Shown here piece after piece: positions 63,801 to 64,000 of a DNA stretch of 64,000 bases. Within the stretch, counting starts at the first letter, position 1; each line of letters begins with the position of its first letter. A program made the position numbers and the translations under genes. Origin of the DNA: Pristiophorus japonicus. Lineage: Eukaryota. The notes below the pieces were generated by a model. It did not search any database. It saw only the letters and a list, made by a program, of their open reading frames with translations, and had not been told where the DNA came from. The DNA lies in NCBI RefSeq assembly GCF_044704955.1, contig NC_091991.1, positions 136,028,001 through 136,092,000 of the forward strand. Reading direction: 5' to 3'.

Positions 63801-64000
63801 GTGTACATCCATAATTGTATCTCAATGCGTTCTAGTTTGGGTTTACTGGCTTTGAGTGGCCACAGCTTTTCGAATTGTTGAACACTCATGAGTGACTGGC
63901 TGGCCCCCGTGTCCAGCTTCATGCGTACAGGGATGCCGTTTAATAGGACTTTCATCATCATAGGTGACGTTTTGGTATATGAGCTGTGAATGTTTGCCAC
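60601..64000 (-). mobile_element. Ty3/Gypsy LTR retrotransposon (PR-RT-RH-IN order), disrupted, continues beyond the window
   Basis: KLDTGAS protease; WASPIVPV.K.DGSVRICGDYK; FQDDILI RT; LTCDASSYGVG RNase H; IHIDYAG, SDNG, SNGQAER integrase; ERRPPERLNL end. Confidence 0.96.

Overview
This is eukaryotic genomic DNA. The repeat landscape (very abundant CR1/L2/RTE LINEs, a Deu-domain tRNA-SINE, Ty3/Gypsy LTR elements and many PIF/Harbinger derivatives) points to a cartilaginous fish such as a shark, which is an inference. There is one host gene: the 5' part of a Shisa8/Shisa9-type (CKAMP family, AMPA-receptor auxiliary subunit) gene on the + strand. It has a CpG-rich promoter/5'UTR (about 12.5-13.8 kb), coding exon 1 (13779-14317) and coding exon 2 (29081-29205), and the later exons lie beyond the window. 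Most other ORFs are transposon fragments or antisense shadows of them. The most notable non-gene pattern is a diverse set of Harbinger-type elements that share GGG(G)CY..ATTT termini, internal TTAAAGGG(GA) and TGA(C/T)GTCA motifs and GGTAAGT splice donors. Two of them keep a decayed Myb/SANT gene (clearly intron-containing in one) while the transposase is missing. I found no CRISPR array, rRNA or bona fide tRNA. I cannot claim a proven new system, so the candidates are listed with tests. Repeat boundaries were read by eye and are approximate unless stated.
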